DNA of 64,000 nucleotides from Octopus sinensis. Its lineage: Eukaryota. The first letter of the stretch is position 1. Each line of letters starts with the position of its first letter. The stretch spans positions 6,758,001-6,822,000 of the forward strand of contig NC_042999.1 in the NCBI RefSeq assembly GCF_006345805.1. The letters are read 5' to 3'. Positions 47,723 through 60,869 of the stretch are shown here, piece after piece. The notes under the pieces are model-generated. The model saw only the letters and a program-made list of their open reading frames with translations, was not told the origin of the DNA and did not search any database. The position numbers and the translations under genes were made by a program.

Positions 47723-48819
47723 AAATAAATACCCATACACATACACACATATACGTATATATGTGTCTGTATATAATGATAACGTTTGTAAGATATATTG
47801 AAAAAGTATGGAGAGATTGAAAGATAGAGATAGATAGAGAGAAAGAAAGAGAGAGAGAAAGAGAGAGAGGGTAGAGAAAGAGACAGTGATAGACCGATCG
47901 AATGAGTATAATTACAGAAAGGACACAAGATTGATAGTACGAATGATTTTAGACAGAAGAAATTCCAAATTGAAGAAGTAAGGAGCCAAAAGAAAGTATA
48001 TTTCGACAATATCTCTACAAGAGAGACGCACAGACAGAGAGAAGATATTATTTGAAGATTGCATTGGAACAAATCATAAACAGGCTTTTATAGATAAGAT
48101 AGACAGATGAAACGAAAACAACCACACAACCAAAACAAGAAAATAAATGAAATAAAAATAATATAGAGTTGCCGACATCTGAAATAAATAAGAGTTTAGG
48201 AAAATGCTTCCTTACTAAAATAAGAGAAAAATAATATTAAAACTATACAAAAATAATAAAAAGTGAAATGGAAAAAAAACAAACTATAAAGTGAAAATGC
48301 TAACAATTTAAAGAGAAAGAAGAAAAACATGACACTTGTGTTTTGTGAAGTTTGTGTAGAGAAAAAAATGGCGACAGCAGAGACAAAAAAGATAAAACGA
48401 GAATAAATTTAATAAAACAAAAAAGTGACGTTTTTCTGAAAAAATGTTTTATTGAAATATTTTTTAAACATTTATCACCAATGCTAATGATTCCTTTTTT
48501 TCATTTTCCATTTGACATGATCGATCTTTATTTATTTTATTTTCATATTTTGGATGTTTCAAGATTTTGTTTTATGGCCTTCCTGTCAAATGAAGGCACC
48601 CATTCCAAAATTATTCGTTGTAGCGTGAACCAACGACAATATAGCTTGCTGGACGGGTAGAGTTGTTATAGCGTCTAGCAAAATACTTTGTGGTATTTCA
48701 TATAGCCCTTTACATACCACCAAGGGTCGACTTTACTTTCTGTTCGCCCTGGGACGGTATATAAAACACCTATCGAGAAATAAAGTCAATTGTTCACCAA
48801 TCCATGGCTTTTTTTCGCC

Positions 48820-49453
48820 TTCGGCCCCAGTGCGTCCATGCTGCCAACAAAGCACGCGGAGTTCTGTTTTTGATTCGACGGTCATTCGGAATGCTCACAG
48901 CAGCCATATTCCTACCGCTCTATGTCACGCTGGTGAGACCCATATTGGAGTACGGGATTCAACCCTCTTCTCCTTATCTCCTCAAAGACATACAGCATCT
49001 CGAAAGAGTCCAGAAGCTGGCTACCCGCATGGTTCTTGGTCTCAGGCATTTGTCTTATGAAGAAAGGCTGAAGACGCTCGACCTATATTCTCTAGAAAAA
49101 CGACGACGCCGTGGTGATCTCATTCTTGCTCACAACATCATAAGCGGAAAGTGTAACCTCTCGAAAGAGCTGTTCTTCACTCCTGCTCCAGAGCGTCGGC
49201 TGCGGGGTCACTCCGAAAAGCTCTATCTGCGACGATTTCATCTCAATCGAAGGAGAGGGGCTTTCTCCGTCCGGGTTGCGGATCCGTGGAATAAGCTGCC
49301 GGACGAGATAGTGAAGATGCCGACGACCGTTCGGTTCAAAGTCTCCCTTGACCACAAGTGGCCTGAACTCTTTACATGAACACCACCCTGTACATGACTT
49401 CATGTCCCCCTACATGGCCTTGCTTTTTGAGCCAAAAAATTAACTAACTAACT
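48820..49453 (+). mobile_element. Young 5'-truncated CR1-group LINE (ORF2 C-terminus, 3'UTR, (TAAC)n tail)
   Basis: Uninterrupted frame ANKARGVLFLIRRSF...LYVTLVRPILEYG...LERVQKLATRMVLGLRHLSYEERLKTLDLYSLEKRRRRGDLI...LRGH...FSVRVADPWNKLP; 3' hairpin CATGT/ACATG. Confidence 0.93.
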
Positions 49454-49689
49454 ACCTTTGTTAGAAGTTCTCTTGTTTTCAACCATTCGACATGAATTTA
49501 TGTTGTACCACCAGGTGCACCTCTATATACCTGAGATGTGTACAGAATCATTCTTGAAGGATGTAGAAGTGAGTGTCTATAGACTTTGTGGAATTCGGTT
49601 GCTTTTTTCCCTGGCTTTACTTTAAAATTTCGTCTGTTTACTTCGTCAAATATGTCTTCTGTAAGTTGTTTTATCATGTCAGCTCTAAA

Positions 49690-50500
49690 GTTTGGGCCAT
49701 GTATCGCCGTTGCTGTGCATTGCTGTATTCACCATTTGTCGGTATATGCCTGGGTCCTCCCGGGCGATCCGTCGACTCAAGTCCCAGTCAGTCTCCATCT
49801 CTGTGAGATACATCCTCTGTGAGATACATCCTCTGTGAGATACATCCTCTGTGAGATACATCCTCTGTGAGATACATCCTCTGTGAGATACATGTGGGAT
49901 GTGGTCGACCAACACGAGCCGTCAACTCAGCCGGGTCCTCAGTGAAGAGAAAACGGTAAGCAGGGTCTGACTCGGAAAATCAAGCAGCTTAGCAAGACGT
50001 CTGAGCTGGTGCACCCGCATCATACAAGAAGATGCATTCCAGTTTCTGAGTAGAACTATTGGTTGGATACGAAACGCGATCAATGGTAATCTTATTTCTT
50101 TATTGCCCACAAGGGGCTAAACATAGAGGGGACAAACAAGGACAGACAAAGGGATTAAGTTGATTACATCGACCCCAGTGCGTAACTGGTACTTAATTTA
50201 TCGACCCCGAAAGGATGAAAGGCAAAGTCGACCTCGGCAGAATTTGAACTCAGAACGTAACGGCAGACGAAATATCACTAGGTATTTCGCCCGGCGTGCT
50301 AACGTTTCTGCCAGCTCGCTGCAGTTGTAGGCTCATTGGACAAAGATGTTTGGCGCTGTCAATTTTTGTGCAGAAGGAAAGAAATCGGGTCTTTAGATCT
50401 ATGGTTTTCCCTGTCTCGCTCTGTAGTTGTGAGACATGGACACTGTCCGGGTCACTTTGGAGCACCTGAACTTCTTTGGTTCCAGGATATTAGGGCGACT
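49690..50500 (-). mobile_element. Degenerate RTE LINE 3' portion, interrupted by SINE A (50093-50318) and a 16-bp tandem array
   Basis: FSESDPAYRFL..EDP...GRPH and RIAREDPGIYRQMVNTAM resemble RTE C-termini. Confidence 0.65.
49796..49893. repeat. 16-bp minisatellite CATCCTCTGTGAGATA, about 6 copies
   Basis: Five perfect copies at 49811-49890 plus partial flanks. Confidence 0.95.
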
Positions 50501-50642
50501 GTGATTTTGATGTCCTCTGTGAGTTGAGTTACTTTTTGTGGTGGTTAGGATGATGGTGGTGGTGGAGATCAGTGATTATATTCTTATATGTTACATGTGT
50601 TGTGTTATTTAATTTTAATAGTCCGCTAGGGATAATGTAGAG

Positions 50643-50904
50643 CAGAGGTTCTCAATAGGAGTCCTCATGGCTCTTGGGAGGCCATTTAAAATTTTGTCTT
50701 TAAAATTTATCCGCAATAAATGATGGTTTATACTTCTACAATACAAAAATATTTAAATATCTTTTAAAATTAAAATCTTAATAATATTTCATTATAAAAA
50801 TACGAAAGGAGTTTTTAGACCTTGAATGACTATGAGGATCCCATCCCTCTGAGTAAAATAGGAAACAAAAGGGCCCATGGGGAAAAAGTTGTTGAGAAGC
50901 ACTG
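50643..50904. mobile_element. hAT-type MITE
   Basis: TIRs CAGAGGTTCTCAA / TTGAGAAGCACTG and 8-bp TSD ATGTAGAG (50635-50642, 50905-50912). Confidence 0.88.
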
Positions 50905-51039
50905 ATGTAGAGTACGGCAGAGCGTGGCTTGTGTTTATTAACGGCATCAAGTAACTAAAATATTGTCTTCACATTATTGAACCGTCATTGTGTAGAGTAT
51001 GTGTTGTATGGGCGATGTCACATCAATGGTTGTTATACT

Positions 51040-51217
51040 GATTTCAAATTTTGGCACAACACCAGCAATTACATCACCCCCACTGCTCAACTGGTACTTA
51101 TTTTATCGACCTCGAAAGGATGAAAAGCAAAGCCAGCCTGTGCGGAATTTGAACATAGAACGCAAAGACAGACGAAATACTGCTAAGCATTGCTAACGAT
51201 TCTGCTTACTCGCCGCC
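51040..51217 (-). mobile_element. SINE family A, older subtype
   Basis: Reverse-complement match; further copies at 53570-53795 (-), 55175-55378 (-), 56268-56465 (-) and 56973-57188 (-). Confidence 0.8.
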
Positions 51218-51811
51218 CTGTTCACTGACTGGAGTATATTTCTGTGACATTGCTGTCTGTTATGTTATTGTTACATTATTGGTTGTTATGTTGTTTGATG
51301 TTGTCTGTGTTTAGTATGAGTTGTGTAAGTTATTGGTGATATATCAAATGTTAGGCTATCAATTATCGATTTTGTAAAAGTCTATGTTTGTATTATTCTA
51401 CCGAGTGATGACGACGACGACGACGACGACCACTTTATAAACTAAGAGTTGTGTATTTTGTTGTGTCACCTGGGTAGTGATTCTACGCTGTATCTTTCTT
51501 GTGATTTGAGTTTTTTGGCATAACGATGGTTGTAGAGAATTTGCATGCAGAAAATCTCTTGCGTTAGTTGTGAAGCTAAGCACCAGAAGACGCAAATCCA
51601 TTCTGGGCGGCAGCAGCAGCCGTTCAAGAATTTGGACCTGGAGATCTCCATTTCCAGCGACTTCGAGGGCCATCTCCCAGTGGTGTCGGGCGTCAACAAA
51701 GAGCTCTTGACTTCAACAAGACGACCAAAGTTTTTTTTTCCGCAAGGTTAGGGGTCTCTCGCCCCTAAACCCTAGACCATCACCTAATCACCCTTACCCG
51801 TCTTGTTGCTT

Positions 51812-51854
<43 letters not shown>

Positions 51855-52940
51855 GCAGCAGCAGCAGCTTGTTACTTCATCAATTGTACGCTTAAGGCGG
51901 TTGAGGTCCGGACCTGCAGGTTGGTGGGATCTGGGACATGGTTACGAGTCAGGTGATTAGGATCTTCTGTACAAATCGGCTGAGAAAAGAACATATCTGA
52001 AAGTTTGAGTAGAGTCGGGGAGCATAGACATCACCTCTGTAACATGTTATTATAGTTTGACTGTCGTACTTGTCACCTGACCACATATTGACCGCAGGTG
52101 GGAGCATATTATTTTCCACTTCTTGTGAAAGAATCAGGCTCATGCTCTGGTCAGGAGGTTCATCTATTGGCCGTACTCTATGCATGGATTTCTGGAAAGT
52201 GAGATGGTTTGGCTGCCGTTTGTAGAAGATGCACTTCTATAGCAAGTCTCTGCTGTATTTGCAAATCCAAGTCAAACGTCGACCAATATTCTAGGTTTTG
52301 AATTTGAAATATTGTTCTCTAAATAACGGGAACAGTGGAACGTCAAGACTTTTGTGCTCCTGAAGGTCGAGAAGATTTTACGCTGAGATATCTTTACTAA
52401 ATACCCCTAGAATTGCATATCGTACAAATTGGAAGGACATAATGCAAAATGTACCTCTTGGTAGACGGGGAAGTCACATCTGAATCTTCTTCAATCATCA
52501 TTGCTTCGATTAAGGCCGACCTTTGGTTATACAACAATAAAAACAAAACATGGAAATAGGCCCACAAAAGAGATCTTTGTTGACGTTCGATCTGCTAGAA
52601 ATAGTAACCAAATTATTTTCTAATAATAATATACAATCTTTGAAAATGTTTTCATTGAATGATGTAGTCCAGAGGTAAAACATATAAGCTGCTCAACTCA
52701 TGGTTGTTGCTGTTTAACTGTAAGAAAAGCAATGTTTAAAAGAGTTGATTGGTTGTCAAATTCACTCCAGTGGAAGAAACACGTGTTGTTATGAGACTGA
52801 AACATCAGTTTGAAGAAAAAGAGGTTTCTGAATAATAAACAACCGTTTCCACCTTTTGTTGGTATTTTCACAGTTCACCTCTTTAGATGTACTTGCAATC
52901 ACGGATTCAAGTGTTGACAACAGTTGGGTATATGGCAACT

Positions 52941-53322
52941 GTGGAGGCGCAATGGCCCAGTGGTTAGGGCAGCGGACTCGCGGTCATAGGTTCGCGGTTT
53001 CGATTCCCAGACCGGGGGTTGTGAGTGTTTATTGAGCGAAAACACCTAAAGCTCCACGAGGCTCCGGCAGGGATGGTGGTGATCCCTGCTGTACTCTTTC
53101 ACCACAACTTTCTCTCACTCTTACTTCCTGTTTCTGTTGTACCTGTATTTCAAAGGGCCGGCCTTGTCACTCTCTGTGTCACGCTGAATATCCCCGAGCA
53201 CTACGTTAAGGGTACACTTGTCTGTGGAGTGCTCATCCACTTACACGTTAACTTCACGAGCAGGCTGTTCCGTTGATTCGGATCAAGTGGAACCCTCATC
53301 GTCGTAACCGACGGAGTGCTTC
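52941..53322 (+). mobile_element. SINE family C
   Basis: Near-identical to 2012-2397. Confidence 0.9.
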
Positions 53323-54018
53323 CAATATGGTAACTGGAGTCGTCCCTCGTATTCACAGTTTCCTGGGCAATGTGGACGGTGGAAGTCTTTCCCAGAAGAC
53401 GTTTAAGTCGGTGATTATAGACAATATGTATAGTTTTACGTTTGGAGTTCGAAATCCAAAAGAATCGAATGGAGCCAATAAAAAGAGTAGAATCTAATGA
53501 TTTGTGAAATATTCCTGCCAAAAAGTCTTTGGAACTTTGGTGATAAGTAAGTAGCACAGTGTATAATAATGGTTTAAAATTTTGGTACAAATCCAGAGAT
53601 TTCGGGGAAATGGCGGGGTAGGGGTAAAATCGATTACATTGATCCCGCCAGTGCTCAACTGGTATTTATTTAATCGACCCTAAAAGGATCAAAAGCAAAA
53701 TCGACCTTGGCGAAATTTGAACTCAGATCGTAAAGGCGGACGAAATGACGCTAATCATTTTGTTCAGAGTACCAACGATTCTGCCATTTCGTCATCTTAA
53801 CACAGCTGTTAAGAGGATAAATGATAATCCAGTTATGCTAATCTGTTGGAAGTTAACAGGAAATGTCCTGGTTTTGGAGATTATGGATTGAAACAGTCGA
53901 GAAGAAGAATCTATCAGGAATATGTGGGTAGCTTTGTGTGTAATGAGGGTTAAGTTAGAGAGGGAGAGAGAGAGAGAGAGATGGAGAGAGAGAGAGAGAA
54001 ATGGAGAGGGATAAACAG

Positions 54019-54053
<35 letters not shown>

Positions 54054-54105
54054 AATGGAGAGGGATATATATATATATATATATCCCTCTCCATATATAT
54101 ATGTA

Positions 54106-54392
54106 TCACCGTGATCACCGTGACCGACCAGACCATCAGATGTTGCTACACATCGCTGGTCACAATGCACTTCGCATTGTTTTAGCCTTCAAATGACGCC
54201 ACCCCGCTGGCTAAGCGAGCAAGCCAACAGAAGAAAGAGTGAGAGAAAGTTGTGGTGAAAGAGTACAGCAGGGATTGCCACCACCCCACTGCCGGAGCCT
54301 CGTGGATCCTTAGGAGTTTTCGCTCAATAAACACTCACAACGCCCGGCCTGGGAATCGAAGCTGCTCTAACCACTGGGCCATTGCGCCTCCA
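54106..54392 (-). mobile_element. SINE with family C head and body and a third 3' tail ending in CACGGTGAT repeats
   Basis: Head GGAGGCGCAATGGCCCAGTGGTTAG; diverges from family C after CTCACTCTT. Confidence 0.85.
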
Positions 54393-54398
54393 CACACA

Positions 54399-54429
<31 letters not shown>

Positions 54430-54434
54430 CACAC

Positions 54435-54498
<64 letters not shown>

Positions 54499-55482
54499 TT
54501 AATGTCATTGTATTTGTATTGAGAATAAAAAGTATCGGAATATATTTAATATTAGTTTCATAGGCAGCAGAGTAGGTTAGAAAGCTGCGAAACGAGATTG
54601 TTAGAAGTGGGTTACTACAACGATTAAAATTTGTTGAATAATTAAGTGAATGGTTTCATAATTAGGCCTCGGAATTTTACATTATAAATGCAGTATGAAT
54701 GACAGATCAATAAAGAGATTGTTAGCTAGACCAGAAGCTAGTTTTCGGATTCTAATCGAATTGATAATCTGTCCACAACAATAAGAATTTATTTCTTTGT
54801 CAAGAGACCTCTTATGGGAATAGTTGAATATCTGAATAGCGAACATAATTTATGGCATTTTCAACCGATAAACACAAGGCACTGCTGAATAATATAGAGT
54901 TGGTACATGACATGCAACATTATATTAGTCACGACATAAGTAAGAAGACACATCAACAACATTCTAAAGGGTCAATGGATTGGTGTAGAATAACATGGCG
55001 TGAAGGAAATATTTTTGAATAAGGCGAGCAATAATAGAACTGGCAGAGCAAGCATAAAGTCAGTTCGAGCTTCACACAGCGTGAGTAGTAGAATATAAGA
55101 CTAAAACGGTTCAGCATTAGAACAACGGATCGAAATGACACTAAAATAACAAGAAATGGGTTAGATTATGATATCGATTTCAAATTTCGGTCAAGGGCAA
55201 CAATTTCGGGACAAAGGCAACAATTTCATCGATACCAGTATGCAACTGGTATATATTTTATCGATCCCGAAAGGGATAAAAATGTTAAGTCGAACTCGGC
55301 GTAATTTGAACTCAGAACCTAAAGAAAGACGAACTACAGTTAAGCATTTTGCCCGGCGCGGTAACAATTCTGCCACCTTGGATTCAATTATGGTATCAAG
55401 AGTTGAATATAATCGATTAAACTTAAACTTAAATCGGAATATCGAATTGAACTCAAATACCATAATTATTTCGAGATAAAAA

Positions 55483-55677
55483 GGCGGCGAGCTGGCAGAA
55501 ACGTTAGCACGCCGGGCGAAATGCGTAGCCGTATTTCGTCTGCCGCTACGTTCTGAGTTCAAATTCCGCCGGGGTCGACTTTGCCTTTAATCCTTTCGGG
55601 CTCGCTAAATTAAGTACCAATTACGCACTGGGGTCGATATAATCGACTTATTCTGTTTGTCTGTCCTTGTTTGTCCC
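55483..55677 (+). mobile_element. SINE family A (3'-truncated)
   Basis: Match to family A. Confidence 0.85.
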
Positions 55678-55759
55678 ATCAGGAAGCTAGGTGACAAGAA
55701 TAGTTTTGGCATTTATACACTTATATATATATATATGTTTATATATATATATATATATA

Positions 55760-55921
55760 CAAGTGCACGACGTGGCTGCGTGTTGAGAAGCTTACTTCCC
55801 GACCACATGGTTCCAGTTTCAGCCCCAGTACGTGACACCTTTGGGTAGTGTTTTTTACTACACCATCGGGCCGACCAAAGACTTGTGAGTCGATTCGGTA
55901 GAAACCGAAAGAAGCCCGTCG

Positions 55922-56001
<80 letters not shown>

Positions 56002-56192
56002 CGTGTGTGCTTGACAACCGGTGCTGGTGTATTTATGTCCCGTAGCTTAGCGGTTCGGCAAAAAAATCCGGTGGAGTAAGTACCAAGTTTTAAAAATATA
56101 AAAGAATAAAAACTAGAGTCGATACATTCGACTAAAATTTCAAGGCGGTGCCCCAGCATGGCAGCAGTTAAATGACTTAAACAAATAAAAGA
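55760..56192 (+). mobile_element. SINE family B (diverged)
   Basis: Match with central TA/TG tract. Confidence 0.85.
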
Positions 56193-56193
56193 T

Positions 56194-56240
<47 letters not shown>

Positions 56241-56573
56241 TTAATGTTTGTTTTTATGTTCCATTAAAATCCTTTCAACTATAGGTGCAAAGCCTGATAT
56301 TTTGAGGGAAGGGACTCCAATATTTAAGTGGCACTTATTTTATCGATCTCGAAAGGATGAAAGGCAAAGTCGACAGCCACGAAATATGAACTCATAATGT
56401 AATGCCGGACGAAATACCGCCAAGCATTTCGCCCGGCGTGCTAATGATTCTGTAGTTCACTGCCTTATGTTCAGTTATAATAAAACCAGTTTTACTTTAA
56501 TCTGATGGGTTAGTCTATGCTTTTGGTGAGAACAGATTTATTATTCTGGTGTATGAATAATATGAAAAGTCCC

Positions 56574-56893
56574 GAATAATGTTTGCCTCTCAGACCCTTT
56601 GTAATGGGGCCGAAGAGATGATAGTCCAGTGACGATGAGAATCCAATGACGAGGAAGTGAAAACTGTAGTGAAGAAGTGGCTGAAACAACAGGTAACAGA
56701 ATTTTACGGGGCAGGGATACATGCTCTCATTCGAAGGTGGAGCATTGCTACTGAGAGAAACGGTGACTATGTTGAGAAGTAGGGATGTGATCCCCAGAGG
56801 ACCAGATTCATTTTGATGTATGATACATGTTCCTGTGTTGGTAATTATACCTGTCCTAAACAAAATGGCACTACTTTTTGACTTACCCTCGTA
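56574..56893 (+). mobile_element. Mariner transposon 3' remnant with an internal inversion
   Basis: SNDEEVKTVVKKWLKQQVTEFYGAGIHALIRRWSIATERNGDYVEK* (56642-56782), TIR CTACTTTTTGACTTACCCTCG then TA; DYHLFGPITKGLRGKHY on the opposite strand (56626-56574). Confidence 0.88.
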
Positions 56894-58141
56894 TAACATC
56901 TATGATTGTTCTAGAAATGTAATGTATTCATTATAATCAAGAATGGAGATTCGGTTTAATTAAACGAAACGTTGGTTTTTACATTCTGGCGCAAGACCAG
57001 TAATTTTGGGATAAGGGGTCAGTCGTTTACCTCGACCCCCAGTGTTCAACTGGTATTTATTTTATCGACTACGAAAGGATGAAAGGCAACGTTTACCCCA
57101 GCGGTATTTTGAACTCAGAACGTAAAGACGGACGAAATGTCGCTAAGCATTTTGTTCGGCGTGCTAATGATTTTGTCAGCTCACCGCCTGAGTTAAACGA
57201 AATATTCAAATATTTTTTTCTGTTCCATTAGAGCTCAATCAATTCAAAATTTTATACGAAATATTGTGATATATAAATAATTAAGCGAAGAAACTAAAAA
57301 CAGGAATTAAAGAGAAGAATGAAATATATGGAGATAAGACAATCATGAAAAACAGATAAGAATAGAGTGAAAGCATAAAGAGAAGAAAAAAACTATTAAA
57401 GTTAAGAGCGTTAATTAATAAAGTTTATCTCTGTTTTTCACCATACTTCATTGACAAGTGTTATTTAAGTAATCTCAATTGTTTGGGTCAGTTAGCAATT
57501 GCTGTTATCTTTGCGAGAGAGTACCCGGAATGTATTTGGTTATCAGACATTGTTGTCTTGAAATCACTACAAATGAAATCAATGGATCGAAGAACGATTG
57601 GCTCAAAAGACAAATTGTTGATTGTGTTAAGATTAGCTTTTATCAAATGTCAGGAATAATAAAAGTTTTTGCAAGTTCTTTAGATATGCTGACAACAACG
57701 AATTCTAAGTTGTTTTTAGCGGTTCGGTGCATAAACGTAGTTGGCCAGGTGATACAAAAGCGGAAAGCTAGGTGAAAGATCGATCGTTTGTATTTTGTCT
57801 CTTGTTGTGCTTTGTATCAGTGATCGAATCACCAGAATATTCATATTCAAACCATGCTTGATCGGCGGTTCGTAGGTTCGATTCCCAGATCGGGCAGATT
57901 GTTCTGTTCTTCAGTAAATCACTTCACTTCATGTTGCTATAGTACTTTTCTGGGAATTTGACATAGTAAAGAATAAACCCTGCTTGTCTTAAAAGCCGAC
58001 TAAAAGGGGGTCGAAGTAGGATTTGCACGCCAGCCTCTTAAAATCCTCACCACCAAAGGCTACTCAAACAGACCCATGGAATGGAGAGATTTTAGCCTGA
58101 ATGGTGTAAAGGGGTTATCTGCCAGGAGTAGCAGGGAATCA

Positions 58142-58271
58142 TACTACTACTACTACTACTATTACTACTACTACTACTACTACTGCTACTGCTGCTGCTG
58201 CTACTACTACTACTACTACTACTACTACAACAACAACAACTATTACTACTGCTGCTGCTACAACAACAACA

Positions 58272-58303
<32 letters not shown>

Positions 58304-58304
58304 A

Positions 58305-58336
<32 letters not shown>

Positions 58337-58340
58337 TGCT
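58142..58340. repeat. Compound (TAC/TGC/AAC)n microsatellite
   Basis: Seen directly. Confidence 0.95.
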
Positions 58341-58621
58341 GCGCTGTAAACAGACCATACAGAATGGTAAACAATTTCTGTAAAATTGGTAAACGTGCCT
58401 TCAAATTGCAAGGTGGGAGTTTCTTGGCAACAGATTGACGAAATATGATGACGTCCTTCCAAGGTATCACGAGAGTGTCAACAATGACTCACGACTTGGA
58501 ACAAAGGTAAAAGTCACACACGCCAAGTGTTGTCATTAACAACAGGTAGGGCAATTAACAGCAGGTAAGGTTATTAACAACTGGTAGTTTTATGAAATTA
58601 AGCATAGGTTTCATCATTGTT

Positions 58622-58840
58622 GTGGAGGCGCATGGCTTAGTGGTTTGGGTGTCAGCACCATGATCGTAAGATTGTGGTTTCGATTCCTGGACTGGGCGAC
58701 GTGTTGTGTTCTTGAGCAAAACACTTCATTTCACTGTGCTTCAGTCCACTCAGCTGGCAAAAATGAGTAACGCTGTGATGGACTGGTGTCCTGTCCAGCT
58801 GGGGAACACATACGCCATAGAAACCGGGAAACCGGGTCAA
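58622..58840 (+). mobile_element. SINE family D
   Basis: Head GGAGGCGCATGGCTTAGTGG, B-box GTTTCGATTCC, CORE-like block. Confidence 0.85.
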
Positions 58841-60146
58841 GTGCGCATTTATTATTATTATATTTATTATTTTCATCATTGTTACCTACAATTCATCAGG
58901 ACTTACATTATTACATTATTAAAACATTCTGAAATGGTATATTCCCGCTGAATAAACTCCACCAAACGTTTTCAAATCACAGACAAACAATTTAGTTTAC
59001 AAAGGTTGCGATATTCATTTATGGGACACGGGTTTAGTTAATTCGGTTGGCCTCAGCATATTACAAGCATTTTTTTCCTTGATCTCCGTCAAAACAACGG
59101 CAAAGTCTGTCCTATCGATTTTTCTATTTTGTCCTGCCGGTGTTATGGTATCCATAGTGAAGTCACTTAAATCTTAATCTATGCTACTCTAACAATTTTA
59201 ATGATATCCCGATAAGACTGATCTCATTTCTGTGCTGTCGATACGAACTATAGCTTTCAGTTTTAAAATAGCTTTGGCGTTAACTTTTAATAATTGTTAG
59301 GTGTAAAATGTACTCCTAGTTTAGATTTAACCGATTAACACGCTAACTGCCACGGCCTATTACAGGTACTTACAGGTGACGCCACCTACTTTTGATCACA
59401 TTGCATACTGTTTAATTACAAGGAAATGTAATTAATTTTGTTTTTCACTTTTGCAACGTTCGTAATTAAACCTGAATATTTAGCACTCATGTTATTAAAT
59501 AACCTTGAAAGCACGTCAACGATACAGAATAAAGCATTTCCCAAAATAATGAAAATATACCACCGGTGGTGGATATGTGTGAAGTTGGCGACGAACCACT
59601 GCTGGTACACGTAGAAGTTAACGCGTTAATCTGTAAGCCATTTTAAAGGAATGGGATTGTATTCAAGCGAATTCCCGCAATCGTATTGCATATTTTCTTA
59701 TGGTTTATCGACAATAATAGGGTTTTTATTTATGACGTAGGTGCACTAAACAAAACACTAAAGGTTTAATATTCGATCTCCTCTGCTAAATTACTGCTCT
59801 GCTCCCAACACGGTTATCCAAGAGGATATAAAAACATATCAGTAATCTTAAAAATTTATACAGTGAGGCTAGTTTGACAAACTACATTATTATGGCAGTC
59901 TTATACATATCTATAAGTTATGAGTTCGAATATCACCAGCGTCAAATTTGCTTCTCATCTTTCTGCGAATGATAAGACAAAGAAACAATAATCTGGTGAA
60001 GAGGTTTATCTAATCGAATTTGCTCCCGTCTGAAATTAGTGGTCACATGACTACCATATGACTCAGTAATATGAGCATCAGGTGGTGCTATTAAGTTAGA
60101 CATGGCCTGGACCAATCTTTGGTCGAAACATATCTAAGTTTATCTA

Positions 60147-60193
<47 letters not shown>

Positions 60194-60196
<3 letters not shown>

Positions 60197-60831
60197 GAGG
60201 ATAATATCGATATTTAAGTGTCGGAATTATCAAGTGGCCAGCATGAAAGAAATACCTTACAAAGGTAAAAAAATTTTTTAACAATTAAAAATGAGGGTGT
60301 CTAAAAGACACCAACATGCCGAAATAGCAGTCGAAACTCTGACTATAAAACCACGTTAAGTGTTCATATCGCACCATGAGGTAAAGCGGAGGGACAAAAC
60401 ATACAAGCAAAAATTATTGAATAATTCAAGATCCAAGGATTTCTGGTTCTGCTTTAAATAAGCTTTACCGTCATCAATTGAATATATCAAGGGTACATAA
60501 ATACAGATATATATATGCACAGCAAACGATATACTTACATACACGAGCGTCGTACATACATACATATGCACGTATGGACACAGCCAGTCTGAATCGCCCG
60601 CCAAATCACCGCATAATTACGATATGGTTAAAATAAGCACCGCAGTGAATATAATCACGAATTATATAAATTTATATATGAGGATTATTCAATAATTTTT
60701 GCTTGTATGTTTTGTCCCTCCGCTTTACCTCATGGTGCGATATGAACACTTAACGTGGTTTTATAGTCAGAGTTTCGACTGCTATTTCGGCATGTTGGTG
60801 TCTTTTAGACACCCTCATTTTTAATTGTTAA
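60194..60831. mobile_element. (TA)n-embedded element with a perfect 148-bp inverted repeat (probable non-autonomous Penelope-type)
   Basis: Arms 60278-60425 and 60684-60831, 258-bp spacer, TA tracts on both sides. Confidence 0.7.
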
Positions 60832-60832
60832 T

Positions 60833-60869
<37 letters not shown>

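Noticed and set aside
49796-49893. Short perfect repeats suggestive of a CRISPR array
   Set aside because: The 16-bp units are directly adjacent with no spacers, inside an RTE remnant in eukaryotic DNA; it is a minisatellite.
51545-51751. GC-richer segment with ORFs on both strands and a donor-like AAG|GTTAGG
   Set aside because: Open in several frames, no recognisable protein, bounded by microsatellites; more likely a retroelement UTR, and unassignable.
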